Source: an uncultured Parasphingorhabdus sp.
Lineage (GTDB): Bacteria > Pseudomonadota > Alphaproteobacteria > Sphingomonadales > Sphingomonadaceae
Length of the DNA stretch: 64,000 nucleotides
Reading direction: 5' to 3'
Assembly (NCBI RefSeq): GCF_963975555.1
Contig: NZ_CAXBHH010000005.1
Location: forward strand, 6,349-70,348
In this document: in pieces, positions 1 through 10,005 of the stretch
How positions within the stretch are numbered: the first letter of the stretch is position 1
How the letters are laid out: the number at the start of each line of letters is the position of its first letter
Program-made: the position numbers and the translations under genes
The notes under the pieces: model-generated
Told to the model about the DNA's origin: nothing
The model's database searches: none
Seen by the model: the letters and a program-made list of their open reading frames with translations, nothing else

Positions 1-311
1 CGCGCGGCTTCGATCGCGGTGGCGGGAGCAATGTCGTAAAGCTTGTCGAAAACCTCCCCTGCGGGGAATTTGGGCCAGAGCGGCTCCTGCATCCGCGCGA
101 CGCGGCCACCTTCCTGATCGATAAGGATCGCCAGATCATCACGGCCTTGGACAGCGCGCAGTTCGTCGGTCAGTGCCCGCAACTGCGCCTTGCTTTCGAT
201 ATTACGACCAAAAATGATATAGCCCGCAGGATCGCTATCGCGGAAAAATGCCTTTTCGTCGGCAGTCAGGCTCAGACCCGTCATGCCAAATACAGCAGGT
301 GTTACAGCCAT
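1..311 (-). CDS. nagZ: beta-N-acetylhexosaminidase, GH3 (5' part only; runs off window start)
   Basis: Hand-translated from ATG at 311: MAVTPAVFGMTGLSLTADEKAFFRDSDPAGYIIFGRNI...AILIDQEGGRVARM. The DQEGGRV motif is typical of NagZ, and argS-SPOR-nagZ order is conserved in alphaproteobacteria. Confidence 0.9.
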   Translation of the reverse strand, partial: MAVTPAVFGMTGLSLTADEKAFFRDSDPAGYIIFGRNIESKAQLRALTDELRAVQGRDDLAILIDQEGGRVARMQEPLWPKFPAGEVFDKLYDIAPATAIEAA

Positions 312-417
312 GATGATATCTTCCCACGCAACATATCTTATACTTGCGCCGTTTCAGAGCAGGGTAAAGGTGAAAGCGCCGTTATCCACAGCGCTTCAAC
401 CATCAATTGCAAGAAAA

Positions 418-1056
418 CTAGCGAACGACGAGGCAGCTTTCGCCGGCAGCCTTCAGACTATTGCACAGCTGCTGGGCCGCATCATAGCTTGGCGCAACCG
501 CATTCAGCCGGTAAATCGTACCGCCCTCGACCGTGCCGGGAATAATTTTCTTCGGCAATGCTCCGACCGATTCAAACCGCCGTGCATAGCCAGCCCAACT
601 GCTGTCCGCGAGACTGGCGGAGCTGAATGCACCAAGCTGGACCAAAGCCGAGCCTGCGCCTTCTGCGGCTGGTGCGGCATCCGGTTTGCGGATCGGTGCT
701 TCGGTTGCCACGGGATTGCCAATTTGCGCAGGCGTCTCCTTGCCTTCACTAGCCGCGAAGCTGGCATCGCCTTCGCCTTCAAATTGCCGCGCCTGCGGAT
801 CATCAGGACGGACCTTGTAATCGCCTTCCTGAGCGGCGATCAATTCGCCATTGCCGTCCAGCCCGCCGCCATCGCGGTTCTGCAACCAGTAGATGCCGCC
901 CACAATCGCCGCCAGCAGCAGCAAGCCGGCACCGATGAACAGCATAACCCGGACCGGAGAATATTCACCGTCATCGTCATAATCTTCGGCTGATTCCAGC
1001 CACGGCAGACGATCTTCGTCGTCCAGATCAAGATTATCGCGGGTGGTGTCTGACAT
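418..1056 (-). CDS. SPOR-domain membrane-anchored cell-division/peptidoglycan-binding protein
   Basis: Acidic N-terminus with RLPWLE, one TM helix, Pro/Ala linker, C-terminal VQLGAFSS...YRL SPOR-like domain. Lies between argS and nagZ. Start set at MSDTT. Confidence 0.85.
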   Translation of the reverse strand: MSDTTRDNLDLDDEDRLPWLESAEDYDDDGEYSPVRVMLFIGAGLLLLAAIVGGIYWLQNRDGGGLDGNGELIAAQEGDYKVRPDDPQARQFEGEGDASFAASEGKETPAQIGNPVATEAPIRKPDAAPAAEGAGSALVQLGAFSSASLADSSWAGYARRFESVGALPKKIIPGTVEGGTIYRLNAVAPSYDAAQQLCNSLKAAGESCLVVR

Positions 1057-1083
1057 TATACGCTCCAAAAGCCAAAGGGCTGA

Positions 1084-2805
1084 TCACATCGATTCAGCGG
1101 CCTGGACACCCATCAGGGCAAGACCGTTCTTGATAGTCTGCCCGATATTCTTGGCTAAGAAAAGCCTTGCTGATGTCATTACCGGGTCGTTAACCATGAT
1201 GATCCGCTTCTCAGGCCGGTCATTGCCCAGATTATAAAAGGCATGAAATGCGGCCGCGAGGTCATTCAGATAGAATGCGACTCGGTGCGGTTCCCGTGAA
1301 GCCGCCGCCGATTCGACAATGCGCGGGAATTGCGCCGCCATTTTGATCAGGTCCAGTTCCTCTTCACCCAGACCGTCCAGTGCGTCCGATGACGGCAGGA
1401 TTCCCTCATCAGCCGCCTTGCGCAAAGTCGACTGGATACGCGCATGCGCATATTGCACGTAGAAGACAGGATTGTCGCGAGACGCCTCCATCACCTTGGC
1501 AAAGTCAAAGTCCATCTGCGCGTCCGCCTTGCGCATCAACATGGTGAAACGCACGGCATTCTTGCCGACTTCCTCGACCATATCGGCAATGGTGACGAAA
1601 TTGCCCGAGCGTTTGGACATTTTCTCCGGCTCGCCGTTGCGCAACAGGCGCACCATCTGGACCAGCTTCACATCAAATTTGGCCTTGCCTTCGGTCAGCG
1701 CCGCGACGGCAGCCTTGATCCGCTTGACGGTGCCGCTGTGATCCGCGCCCCAGATATCGATCAGCTCGTCTGCAGCTTGTGCTTTCTGGAAATGATAGGC
1801 CAGATCGCCGCCGAAATAGGTCCAGCTACCGTCGGATTTCTTTATCGGACGATCCTGATCGTCGCCAAATTGGGTCGACCGGAACAATGGCAGCTCGACC
1901 GCTTCCCAATCCTCGATCACCTTGCCCTTGGGCTGCTCCAGCACGCCGTCATAGACAAGATCGCGCGACCGCAGCTCCGCCTCGGCGATATCCGCCTTGC
2001 CTGCGGCATGCAGTTCGGCTTCGGAGGAGAAAACATCATGCTTGATGCCGAGCAGGGCCAGATCGGAGCGGATCATGTCCATCATCTTCCCGACCGCCGC
2101 CTTGCGAAAGATCAGCAACCATTCGGATTCCGGGGCATCTTTATATTTGTCGCCGAATTCGGCGGCCAGAGATTCTCCAACCGGCTTCAGATAATCGCCG
2201 GGATAGAGCCCCTCGGGTATCGTGCCGATATCGTCGCCAAGCGCTTCACGGTAGCGCAAATGCGCTGAACGGGCGAGCGTGGCGACCTGCGAGCCCGCAT
2301 CATTGACATAATATTCGCGAATCACCTTGTTACCGACCGCCTCGAGCAGATCAGCCAGCGCGTCGCCCACCACCGCACCACGGCAATGGCCCATGTGCAT
2401 CGGTCCGGTCGGGTTGGCCGAGACATATTCGATATTGACGGTAACGCCCTTGCCCTTGTCGGACCGGCCATATTCCGGACCCAGCTGCTCGATTTCGAGC
2501 AGTTCGCCCAGAAGCACAGGTGCGGCAACCCGAAGGTTGATAAATCCGGGACCCGCAATCTCGACTGATTGCACATCCTCGAGCGTGCCCAGCTTTTCCG
2601 TAATTTTCTCGGCCAGATCGCGCGGCTTCATACCAGCCGCTTTTGACAAGACCATCGCCGCATTGGTCGACAGGTCACCATGCGAAGGGTCGCGCGGCGG
2701 TTCCAGAGTGACGTTGGATCGATCAATCCCGTCTGGCAAGGTCCCGGCAGCGCTAAGCTCGTCCAAAATAGCATCAATATGTTTCTGGAAAATCTGGAAC
2801 AGCAT
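1084..2805 (-). CDS. argS: arginine--tRNA ligase
   Basis: SANPTGPMHMGH (HIGH), WGADH, KMSKR and YVQYAHARI motifs. Confidence 0.98.
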   Translation of the reverse strand: MLFQIFQKHIDAILDELSAAGTLPDGIDRSNVTLEPPRDPSHGDLSTNAAMVLSKAAGMKPRDLAEKITEKLGTLEDVQSVEIAGPGFINLRVAAPVLLGELLEIEQLGPEYGRSDKGKGVTVNIEYVSANPTGPMHMGHCRGAVVGDALADLLEAVGNKVIREYYVNDAGSQVATLARSAHLRYREALGDDIGTIPEGLYPGDYLKPVGESLAAEFGDKYKDAPESEWLLIFRKAAVGKMMDMIRSDLALLGIKHDVFSSEAELHAAGKADIAEAELRSRDLVYDGVLEQPKGKVIEDWEAVELPLFRSTQFGDDQDRPIKKSDGSWTYFGGDLAYHFQKAQAADELIDIWGADHSGTVKRIKAAVAALTEGKAKFDVKLVQMVRLLRNGEPEKMSKRSGNFVTIADMVEEVGKNAVRFTMLMRKADAQMDFDFAKVMEASRDNPVFYVQYAHARIQSTLRKAADEGILPSSDALDGLGEEELDLIKMAAQFPRIVESAAASREPHRVAFYLNDLAAAFHAFYNLGNDRPEKRIIMVNDPVMTSARLFLAKNIGQTIKNGLALMGVQAAESM

Positions 2806-2877
2806 GATTGGCTCAATTCGTCATAGGAAGAAGGGCCCGGGTTAATCAGGCGCGAACATTCATCAATTCAGGCGACC

Positions 2878-3537
2878 CTATCGGGTAGCGTTATATTGCA
2901 ACTGCGCCTGGGTAAGCTGAAAACCGATGAGCAGCTCGAAAGACGACCGCGCAACGGCCGCTTTTACGGCTGGATCGGCGAGCGGGTCGAGCGCTGCATC
3001 GGGATCTCCAGGCTTGCGCCGCTTGGTCAGCCGTTCGATAACATCTTCCGGCAAACGTGCGGCAGAAGCATCAATATAGGAACCCGCCTTGCCCGAAGCG
3101 GATGCGCGATAGGCGCCATCGGCAAATTGCAGCGTTACGTTATTGACGCGCTTCGCCACGACTGCGGTGCCGCCTTGGACGACAGTGGAAAAATAGGGCA
3201 CTGTGACGGTACGGGCACCGGCAGCATTGCTCCGCACGGCACGGACATCAAACGTCGCTTCGGTATAGATACGCGCGCCTTCGCTATTGCATGTCGACCG
3301 GACGTTGGTGATGTTCGCAACGACGTCAATGGCGCTGGCATTGGTGCTGTTTACCGGATCGAAAATGGTTATGTCCCCGGTATAGTCGGGAACCGCAACC
3401 GGAGGGCAACCGGACCGGGTAACCGAGACACCTACGCCCGAACTGACATCAATTGCGCCGTCTTTTGCACATCCGCTAACAGCCAAAACCGTGACCGCCG
3501 CCAAAACTATATTTTTCAACCGGCCATTCGCCATCAT
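2878..3537 (-). CDS. hypothetical lipoprotein
   Basis: Basic N-terminus, hydrophobic stretch and lipobox LAVSGC. Second Cys pair (GCPPV...TCNS). Function not recognised. Confidence 0.7.
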   Translation of the reverse strand: MMANGRLKNIVLAAVTVLAVSGCAKDGAIDVSSGVGVSVTRSGCPPVAVPDYTGDITIFDPVNSTNASAIDVVANITNVRSTCNSEGARIYTEATFDVRAVRSNAAGARTVTVPYFSTVVQGGTAVVAKRVNNVTLQFADGAYRASASGKAGSYIDASAARLPEDVIERLTKRRKPGDPDAALDPLADPAVKAAVARSSFELLIGFQLTQAQLQYNATR

Positions 3538-3695
3538 TTTCAATCCTTGCCTTTAATCACGGGCAACACACATAGGCTTCATGTGCGTCAGTAAAAGTCT
3601 CGCAACCCTTATCGGTGCCTTTAATCCGGTGCAACCGTCCATAAGATGAACAGACGGGCTTTTCGCCGGTGCAGTTATTCCCTAAGGACTTCAAT

Positions 3696-4655
3696 ATGAT
3701 TCATTCGGATAAGAAAAAACGGCAGATTGACTTGCTTGTGGCCGCGCCTCGCGGCTTTTGTGCGGGCGTCGACCGGGCGATAAAAATCGTCGAACTGGCG
3801 ATTAAAAAATATGGTGCGCCGGTCTACGTGCGGCACGAAATCGTCCACAATCGATATGTCGTGGATGAATTGAAGAAACTGGGCGCGATATTTGTCGAGG
3901 AACTGGACGAAGTACCCGACGGTGTCCCGGTGGTCTTTTCCGCTCATGGCGTGCCCAAGGCGGTACCGAATAAAGCCGAAGAACGGGGACTGGAATATCT
4001 CGACGCAACCTGCCCGCTGGTATCCAAAGTTCACCGTCAGGCGGAACGGCAGACCGATGCCGGTCGCCATATCATATTCGTCGGCCATGCCAATCACCCC
4101 GAGGTCATCGGCACCTTCGGCCAGGTCGAAGACGGCCAGATGACCTTGGTAGAAACCTTGGCAGATGTGGCCGCCCTGAAACCCGCAGATCCGGACGCAC
4201 TTGCCTTTCTGACCCAAACGACCTTGTCGGTCGATGACACGCACGCCATCGTCGAGGCGCTGCAGGCCCGCTTTCCCAATATCATCGGGCCGAAAGGCGA
4301 GGATATTTGCTACGCAACCTCCAACCGTCAGGACGCCGTGAAGAAAATCGCGGAAACATGTGAACTCGTCCTTGTGATCGGCGCCCCGAACAGCTCGAAC
4401 AGCCTGCGTCTGGTGGAAGTTGCCGAACGCTGCGGGGCGAGAGCCCAATTGATCCAGCGCGCTGACGAGATCGACCTTGTATGGCTGGATGGCGTCAATA
4501 AACTGGGGCTGACCGCCGGAGCCTCGGCACCGGAAATATTGGTGAACGAAGTAAAGGCCTTCCTCGAGGACCATTTCGAAATCCAAGAGGAAAAAGTCCA
4601 GACCGCCGACGAAAACATGGTTTTCAAACTCCCGCGCGGTCTCGAAGCGGTCTGA
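3696..4655 (+). CDS. ispH: 4-hydroxy-3-methylbut-2-enyl diphosphate reductase
   Basis: [28 protein letters not shown] and NSSNS motifs. ATG 3696 follows AAGGA. Confidence 0.98.
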   Translation: MIHSDKKKRQIDLLVAAPRGFCAGVDRAIKIVELAIKKYGAPVYVRHEIVHNRYVVDELKKLGAIFVEELDEVPDGVPVVFSAHGVPKAVPNKAEERGLEYLDATCPLVSKVHRQAERQTDAGRHIIFVGHANHPEVIGTFGQVEDGQMTLVETLADVAALKPADPDALAFLTQTTLSVDDTHAIVEALQARFPNIIGPKGEDICYATSNRQDAVKKIAETCELVLVIGAPNSSNSLRLVEVAERCGARAQLIQRADEIDLVWLDGVNKLGLTAGASAPEILVNEVKAFLEDHFEIQEEKVQTADENMVFKLPRGLEAV

Positions 4656-5614
4656 TGGCAGTTTATACTAAGGTCAGCGCAGAGGAAATCGACCAGTTCC
4701 TCACCCGTTTCGATGTCGGTACGCTCGTGTCTGCCAAAGGCATTGCCGAAGGCGTGGAGAACAGCAATTATCTGCTGGAAACGACGCAAGGCAAATATAT
4801 TCTGACGCTATATGAAAAGCGGGTTGATCCGGCGGACCTGCCGTTTTTCATCGCCCTGCTCGATCATCTGGCTGCCGGTGGCTGTCTGGTACCGCCAATG
4901 ATCGCCGATCGCGAAGGCGAGAAAATCCAGCAACTCTGCGGACGCAGTGCCTGCCTGATCACCTTTCTCACCGGTGTATCCGTAAGCCACCCCACTAGCG
5001 CTCAGGCCCAGGCGACGGGGCAGGCTCTGGGAGACATGCATCGCGCGTTGACAGATTTTGTGCCGGAGCGGCGCAACAGCATGGACCATGACGGCTGGCG
5101 GACGCTGGCAGAACAATGCGGTCCGGCAGAACTCGACAAAATTGCTCCGGGCCTGGCCAAGGCGATTGCCCTGGAACTCGATCATCTCGACGAAACTTGG
5201 CCGCATGACCTGCCCCGGTCGGCTATTCATGCCGACCTCTTCCCCGACAATGTGCTGATGCTCGGGGACCAGGTCACCGGCCTGATCGACTTTTATTTCT
5301 CCTGCACCGATATCCGCGCTTATGATCTCGCGGTCACCCACGCGGCCTGGTGTTTTTCCGAAGACGGCACCGACTTCCACGATTCCGTTTCGCAAGCATT
5401 GATCACCGGATATATATCAGCCTTCACGCTCAGCGATGCCGAACGCCAGGCGCTTCCTCTACTGGCCCGCGGAGCGGCTTTACGCTTCCTGCTGACACGG
5501 GCCTATGACTGGATCAACACGCCGGCCGATGCCCTGGTGACCCGCAAGGATCCCCAGGCTTTCCTCAACCGCCTGCAATATTATCAAAATCACCCGGATA
5601 TTTTCAATATATGA
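4655..5614 (+). CDS. thrB: homoserine kinase (type II, APH/choline-kinase fold)
   Basis: MAVYT start, [22 protein letters not shown] and RFLLTR motifs. 1-nt overlap with ispH. Confidence 0.95.
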   Translation: MAVYTKVSAEEIDQFLTRFDVGTLVSAKGIAEGVENSNYLLETTQGKYILTLYEKRVDPADLPFFIALLDHLAAGGCLVPPMIADREGEKIQQLCGRSACLITFLTGVSVSHPTSAQAQATGQALGDMHRALTDFVPERRNSMDHDGWRTLAEQCGPAELDKIAPGLAKAIALELDHLDETWPHDLPRSAIHADLFPDNVLMLGDQVTGLIDFYFSCTDIRAYDLAVTHAAWCFSEDGTDFHDSVSQALITGYISAFTLSDAERQALPLLARGAALRFLLTRAYDWINTPADALVTRKDPQAFLNRLQYYQNHPDIFNI

Positions 5615-6066
5615 CCGAGACGAAAATCGTAGAAATCGCCACCGATGGCGCGTGCAAGGGCAATCCCGGTCCGGGTGGCTGGGGCGCGTTGATCCGTCAT
5701 GGCGACAAGGAAAAGGAAATTTCCGGCGGCGAGCCGGAAACGACCAACAACCGTATGGAGCTGCGCGCGGCTATCGAAGCGCTCAATGCGCTGAAGCGAC
5801 CTTGCAAGGTCAAGCTGTCGATCGACAGCAAATATGTCAAAGACGGCATCACCCAGTGGATATTTGGCTGGCAGAAAAACGGCTGGCGGACAGCCGCAAG
5901 AAAGCCGGTCAAAAATGCCGATCTCTGGCAGGACCTGCTAAAAGCTGTCGAACCCCACCAAATCGAATGGCTTTGGGTCAAAGGTCATGCCGGCGACGCC
6001 GACAACGAGCGCGCCGATCAGTTGGCGAGCGACGCCGCGCTCAACGCCGCCCGCAACAAATATTAG
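5611..6066 (+). CDS. rnhA: ribonuclease HI
   Basis: [30 protein letters not shown] and NERADQLA motifs. Confidence 0.98.
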   Translation: MTETKIVEIATDGACKGNPGPGGWGALIRHGDKEKEISGGEPETTNNRMELRAAIEALNALKRPCKVKLSIDSKYVKDGITQWIFGWQKNGWRTAARKPVKNADLWQDLLKAVEPHQIEWLWVKGHAGDADNERADQLASDAALNAARNKY

Positions 6067-6239
6067 CTATTGTCTTCAATCTCGGCATTCGGTCCGTTTT
6101 TCTGGATCGAACTGATCGCGTTCTTGGCGCTAGCCTTGCTGGTATAGCCTTCGGTCGAGAAGATGATTTCGCTATTATATTTGAAGCGAACCCGAAACTC
6201 GCCTTTCTTGTCTTTCCAGATTTCAAATTTGTGCGCCAT
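6063..6239 (-). CDS. YegP/DUF1508 family small protein
   Basis: [41 protein letters not shown] matches the DUF1508 pattern. AGGAG RBS precedes ATG 6239. Confidence 0.85.
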   Translation of the reverse strand: MAHKFEIWKDKKGEFRVRFKYNSEIIFSTEGYTSKASAKNAISSIQKNGPNAEIEDNS

Positions 6240-6323
6240 GTCGATGCTCTCCTTTGATTGAGTCGCAAGAAACATAGGCCAACCGACCGGTGGCGCAACA
6301 ATGCCGTTGTAAAACCTTGTTTC

Positions 6324-7439
6324 CTAGGAAAAGCGCGACGCGGCATAGAGACTGGCATCAACCGCTTGCAGGCTTTCATCGGGCGCCTGATCCAGCAGAA
6401 CCGACCGGGCCAGTTTCGCGGCAGCCGGAGCGGTCTGGATACCGAAACCACCCTGCCCTGCGAACCAGAAGAAATTTTCGACTGCGCCATCAAAACCGAT
6501 AACCGGCAAGCGATCCGGGGCAAAGCTGCGCAGACCGGCCCATTTCCGGCTAACCCGCTTGACCTGCACATCCACTACTTTTTCAAACCGGTCTATGGCC
6601 GTCGCAACGCTCATTTCGTCCGGCGCAACATCAGCAGGCTCGGACGGTATTTCGTCATGCGGGCTAAGCCAATAGCCCCCGCCTGCTTCAGGTTTGAAGT
6701 AAAAGCTGCCATCCAGACCAACCACCAGCGGCATATCCATCGATGACGGCGGATCGGTTTCGATCTGGACCATATTACGGATCAAAGGCTGGATACCAAT
6801 CGCTTTTGCACCGGCAAGCCGGGCGACGCTATCCGCCCATGCACCGGCTGCGTTGACCAGAACGGTCGCGCGATAGGTTTCTCCTTTCGCGCTCAGTTCC
6901 CAGCCCCCGTCATCTTTGCGGATTTGCGAAACCGGTGCCCGGCAGACCAGTTCAACGCCTTTCCGTTTGGCGTCTCTCAGATAGGCGGCATGAAGCGCGG
7001 CAACATCGATATCACGGCAATCCGGTTCGTAAACCGCATGTTCCCATATCGGTTTCAGGTCGGGAACCAGGGAAATAGTCTGTTCCCGGGACCAGCGATC
7101 CATGGACAGCCCGCTATCGGCGAAATCGGCCAGAAACTGGTCGGCCAGATGTTGCTGATCATCCCGGCCGATATTGACCGCACCACGCGGGCCGAGAAAG
7201 GCCGATTCTGAAAAGGCTGCCGGAGGATTGTCGAGAAATGATTGCGAAGCAGAGGTCAACGGCTGCACCAGCGGCCCACCGTAGCTTTCCGTCCAGAAAG
7301 CAGCAGAACGACCGGTAGAATGATATCCGGGATGGTCTTCAGCCTCGAGCAGCAGAACCGAACGGTCCTCGCCAATTTCCGATGCGATACTGGCGCCAGC
7401 AATACCGGCTCCGATTATGACGACGTCAAACTGCTTCAT
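6324..7439 (-). CDS. FAD-dependent oxidoreductase (D-amino-acid oxidase/DauA-like family)
   Basis: VVIIGAGIAG Rossmann motif, STGRSAA, WAGLRSFAPD and GQGGFGIQTAP. Confidence 0.88.
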   Translation of the reverse strand: MKQFDVVIIGAGIAGASIASEIGEDRSVLLLEAEDHPGYHSTGRSAAFWTESYGGPLVQPLTSASQSFLDNPPAAFSESAFLGPRGAVNIGRDDQQHLADQFLADFADSGLSMDRWSREQTISLVPDLKPIWEHAVYEPDCRDIDVAALHAAYLRDAKRKGVELVCRAPVSQIRKDDGGWELSAKGETYRATVLVNAAGAWADSVARLAGAKAIGIQPLIRNMVQIETDPPSSMDMPLVVGLDGSFYFKPEAGGGYWLSPHDEIPSEPADVAPDEMSVATAIDRFEKVVDVQVKRVSRKWAGLRSFAPDRLPVIGFDGAVENFFWFAGQGGFGIQTAPAAAKLARSVLLDQAPDESLQAVDASLYAASRFS

Positions 7440-8413
7440 TTTTTGGGTGCCACCCGGTCGAGAAAGGAAAAACAGCTGGTGAGCGCGTCGTTGCGCACCG
7501 CATCAACTTCGCGGAAAATCTCATGCGCGCATTCCTCACCGAAAAGCTTCATCTCCGCATTCGGGATCAAATGCACGGCGCGTTCGATTGTCGGATGATC
7601 TACCAGTTCGTCAACAGACGTCGCCAGTATCAATATTGGTATCTTCATCTGCTTCAGCTTTTTGCGGTTCCGCAACAATCTGGTTGAGGAATAAGCGCGT
7701 TCGACCCAGCGCCAGCTCGCCGGGCCCAATCGGACGAAGGGCCGCTCGCGGAACCAGAAGAACTCGTCCGAATAGCGGTCGACATCATGGGTCAGCAAGG
7801 CCTGCCGGGGCACATAGGGCTCCAGCGGATTTTCAATCGGTTTCCAGGCACGCCGTTTGCCGCGACCGATGATGCACATCATCTTGGCGGCCAGTTGCGC
7901 CGTCCATTCAGGCATGCCGCCGCCAGCCGGAGCGAGCATCGGCGCGCTCAAGATCGCTGCATCGGGCTGGATGCGCTGCTCGGTCAGCGCGCGTAGCACC
8001 AGATGTCCGCCCATGCTGTGACCCAGCACGATATGCGGTCCGGCGTGGCTGGCGCGCCAATCCTCAAATATCGCCGCCAGATCGGTTACCCAGATCGCGA
8101 AATCATCAATATGGCCAACGTGCGGGTGCGGTCCACAGCGCCCCGATCCGCCCTGCCCCCGCCAGTCGACAGAAGTAACATTCCATCCGCGTGCGTGAAA
8201 ATCGTGGAAAGTTTCGAGATATTTTTCGTAGAAATCGGCGCGTCCGGTCATGAACAGGAGCGACCCTCTCGGCTTGTCATGCCGCCATTCCAGTTGCCGG
8301 AATTTCCACCCATCGGGTCCGGTCCAGGTCTCTTCTACTACGTCTTCGGGAACTGACCGCCGATCAAAGCTCGCCTTTTTCAAGTCTGTCATATCAGGCT
8401 TTGTCATTGTCAC
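7436..8413 (-). CDS. alpha/beta hydrolase (lysophospholipase L2-like)
   Basis: DWRGQGGSGR, GHSMGG nucleophile elbow and HEIFRE catalytic His. ATGA overlap with the downstream oxidoreductase. Confidence 0.88.
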   Translation of the reverse strand: MTMTKPDMTDLKKASFDRRSVPEDVVEETWTGPDGWKFRQLEWRHDKPRGSLLFMTGRADFYEKYLETFHDFHARGWNVTSVDWRGQGGSGRCGPHPHVGHIDDFAIWVTDLAAIFEDWRASHAGPHIVLGHSMGGHLVLRALTEQRIQPDAAILSAPMLAPAGGGMPEWTAQLAAKMMCIIGRGKRRAWKPIENPLEPYVPRQALLTHDVDRYSDEFFWFRERPFVRLGPASWRWVERAYSSTRLLRNRKKLKQMKIPILILATSVDELVDHPTIERAVHLIPNAEMKLFGEECAHEIFREVDAVRNDALTSCFSFLDRVAPKK

Positions 8414-8488
8414 AGTGTCGGCAGATGAAAACCGCTCCGGAAATCGTGGTTACTATTTGGTAAGGCAAATTAGCTAGACGGTCTGTCT

Positions 8489-8971
8489 ATGGATAGCGAA
8501 ACCTTCATCTACTTGCTCTGGGGCGGATTGGCAATTGCACTGATTGCAGCAGCGATTACCGACATCAAGAGCCGTCACATCTCGAACTGGCTCAATCTCG
8601 GCATTGCCGTCGGCGCACCGGTCTTCTGGATCGCCAGTGGCCTGGTATTTTGGCCGGACATGATCGGACAATTTGGTTTGGCTGCCGTTATTTTAACCAT
8701 ATTTGCCGGATTATTCGCGATCGGCGCGATGGGTGGTGGTGACGTCAAGCTACTGGCGGCCCTGGCTTTGTGGCTGCATTGGCTTACGTTTCTCGAGCTG
8801 ATCGTGATCATGTCAATCGCTGGCGGTGTGCTCACGCTGTTAATGATGATCAGCAAGAGAATCAAAAAGACCGAGGGTCCAATAAAGGTTCCATATGGTG
8901 TGGCCATAGCTTTTTCAGGGCTTTGGACCATCTGGGGCATCGTGGGGCAAAATTCACAAACGATATTTTAA
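8489..8971 (+). CDS. cpaA: A24 family prepilin peptidase (Flp-type)
   Basis: TDIKSRHISN and MGGGDVKL Asp motifs, VPYGVAIA, several TM helices. First gene of the cpa cluster. Confidence 0.92.
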   Translation: MDSETFIYLLWGGLAIALIAAAITDIKSRHISNWLNLGIAVGAPVFWIASGLVFWPDMIGQFGLAAVILTIFAGLFAIGAMGGGDVKLLAALALWLHWLTFLELIVIMSIAGGVLTLLMMISKRIKKTEGPIKVPYGVAIAFSGLWTIWGIVGQNSQTIF

Positions 8972-9045
8972 CCATTTTACTCGAAAGAGAAAATGACCGC
9001 CAATGGAACCATTCGGGCGGGGGCATTCAGGAGGCGTGAAACGTC

Positions 9046-10005
9046 ATGGACAAGAAGAAGATCATTTTGCTGGTTGGCGCACTGATCGTGGCAGCAGTCA
9101 CGGCATTGCTTGCCAAGAACATGTTTGATGGTGCCTCCGCACCACAAGCGGAAGCGAGAAAAACCGAAGTGATTGGTGACGAGATCCTCGTCGCAACGCG
9201 CGCACTTCCAGTGGGTACGATTATTACCCCCGACAGTTTCCGGTTCCAGCCCTGGCCGAAAAACCTGATCGAAGACGTCTACTTCATGAAGGAAGGCACC
9301 GACATTGAAACGCTCGCTGGCACCGTGGTACGAATTCCGATCACTGCCGGCCAGCCGATGACCAAAGGTTCGCTGGTTGCACCGGGTGATCGCGGCTTCC
9401 TTGCCGCAGCGCTCGGCCCTGGCATGCGCGCTGTCACTATTCCGGTATCCGGTCTGACTGGCGTCGCGGGCTTCATATTTCCAGGTGACCGCGTCGATTT
9501 GATGCTGACACAGTCCGTCCAAGGCGAAGGTCCCGAACTCAAGGTTTCAGAAACCGTGATCCGCAACTTGCGGGTATTGGCCACTGATAACCGGGTTACC
9601 GCATCCAAGAATGAAGAAGGGCAACAAGTCGCCAAAACCGCCAAACTGGTTACGCTGGAAGCCACTCCCAAAATTGCCGAGCAGATTTCGGTTGCCCAGA
9701 CCCTGGGTACGTTAAGCCTGTCTCTGCGTTCGCTGGCAGACAGCGCCGCCGAGCTGGAAGAAGCGATTGCATCCGGCGCGATCAAATTGCCGAAAACAGA
9801 TGATCCTGTGGTTGAAGCCGACATGATCCGTTCGCTGGCTGCGCGACCAAGCAGCACCAAATCGACCTTCTCGACTGGTGGTGACGTATCGCGCTTTGAA
9901 ACGCGTTCGCCACCTCCGCTGGCCGAAAAGGAAAAACCTAAAGGTCCGGTAGTCCGTGTCGCACGTGGCAACACGGTCAATGAAATCGAGTTTGGAGACA
10001 AGTAA
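9046..10005 (+). CDS. cpaB: Flp pilus assembly protein CpaB/RcpC
   Basis: SAF-domain LVATRALPVG, GMRAVTIPV, GFIFPGDRVD and NLRVLATD. Confidence 0.95.
   Translation: MDKKKIILLVGALIVAAVTALLAKNMFDGASAPQAEARKTEVIGDEILVATRALPVGTIITPDSFRFQPWPKNLIEDVYFMKEGTDIETLAGTVVRIPITAGQPMTKGSLVAPGDRGFLAAALGPGMRAVTIPVSGLTGVAGFIFPGDRVDLMLTQSVQGEGPELKVSETVIRNLRVLATDNRVTASKNEEGQQVAKTAKLVTLEATPKIAEQISVAQTLGTLSLSLRSLADSAAELEEAIASGAIKLPKTDDPVVEADMIRSLAARPSSTKSTFSTGGDVSRFETRSPPPLAEKEKPKGPVVRVARGNTVNEIEFGDK

Noticed and set aside
283-993. 236-aa plus-strand ORF, and similar long antisense ORFs (16262-17425, 28530-29402, 38504-39961, 40025-41158, 41534-43015, 58343-59368)
   Set aside because: Shadow frames opposite well-supported genes in GC-rich DNA; no motifs recognised.
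8414-8488. Hidden Flp pilin gene below the ORF-track cutoff
   Set aside because: The gap is only 75 bp, and I found no G|xxxxEY pilin motif around the cluster.
8968-8975. TTAACCAT CtrA half-site after cpaA (also at 43715-43722)
   Set aside because: Both coincide with TAA stop codons and lack a second half-site; probably chance.
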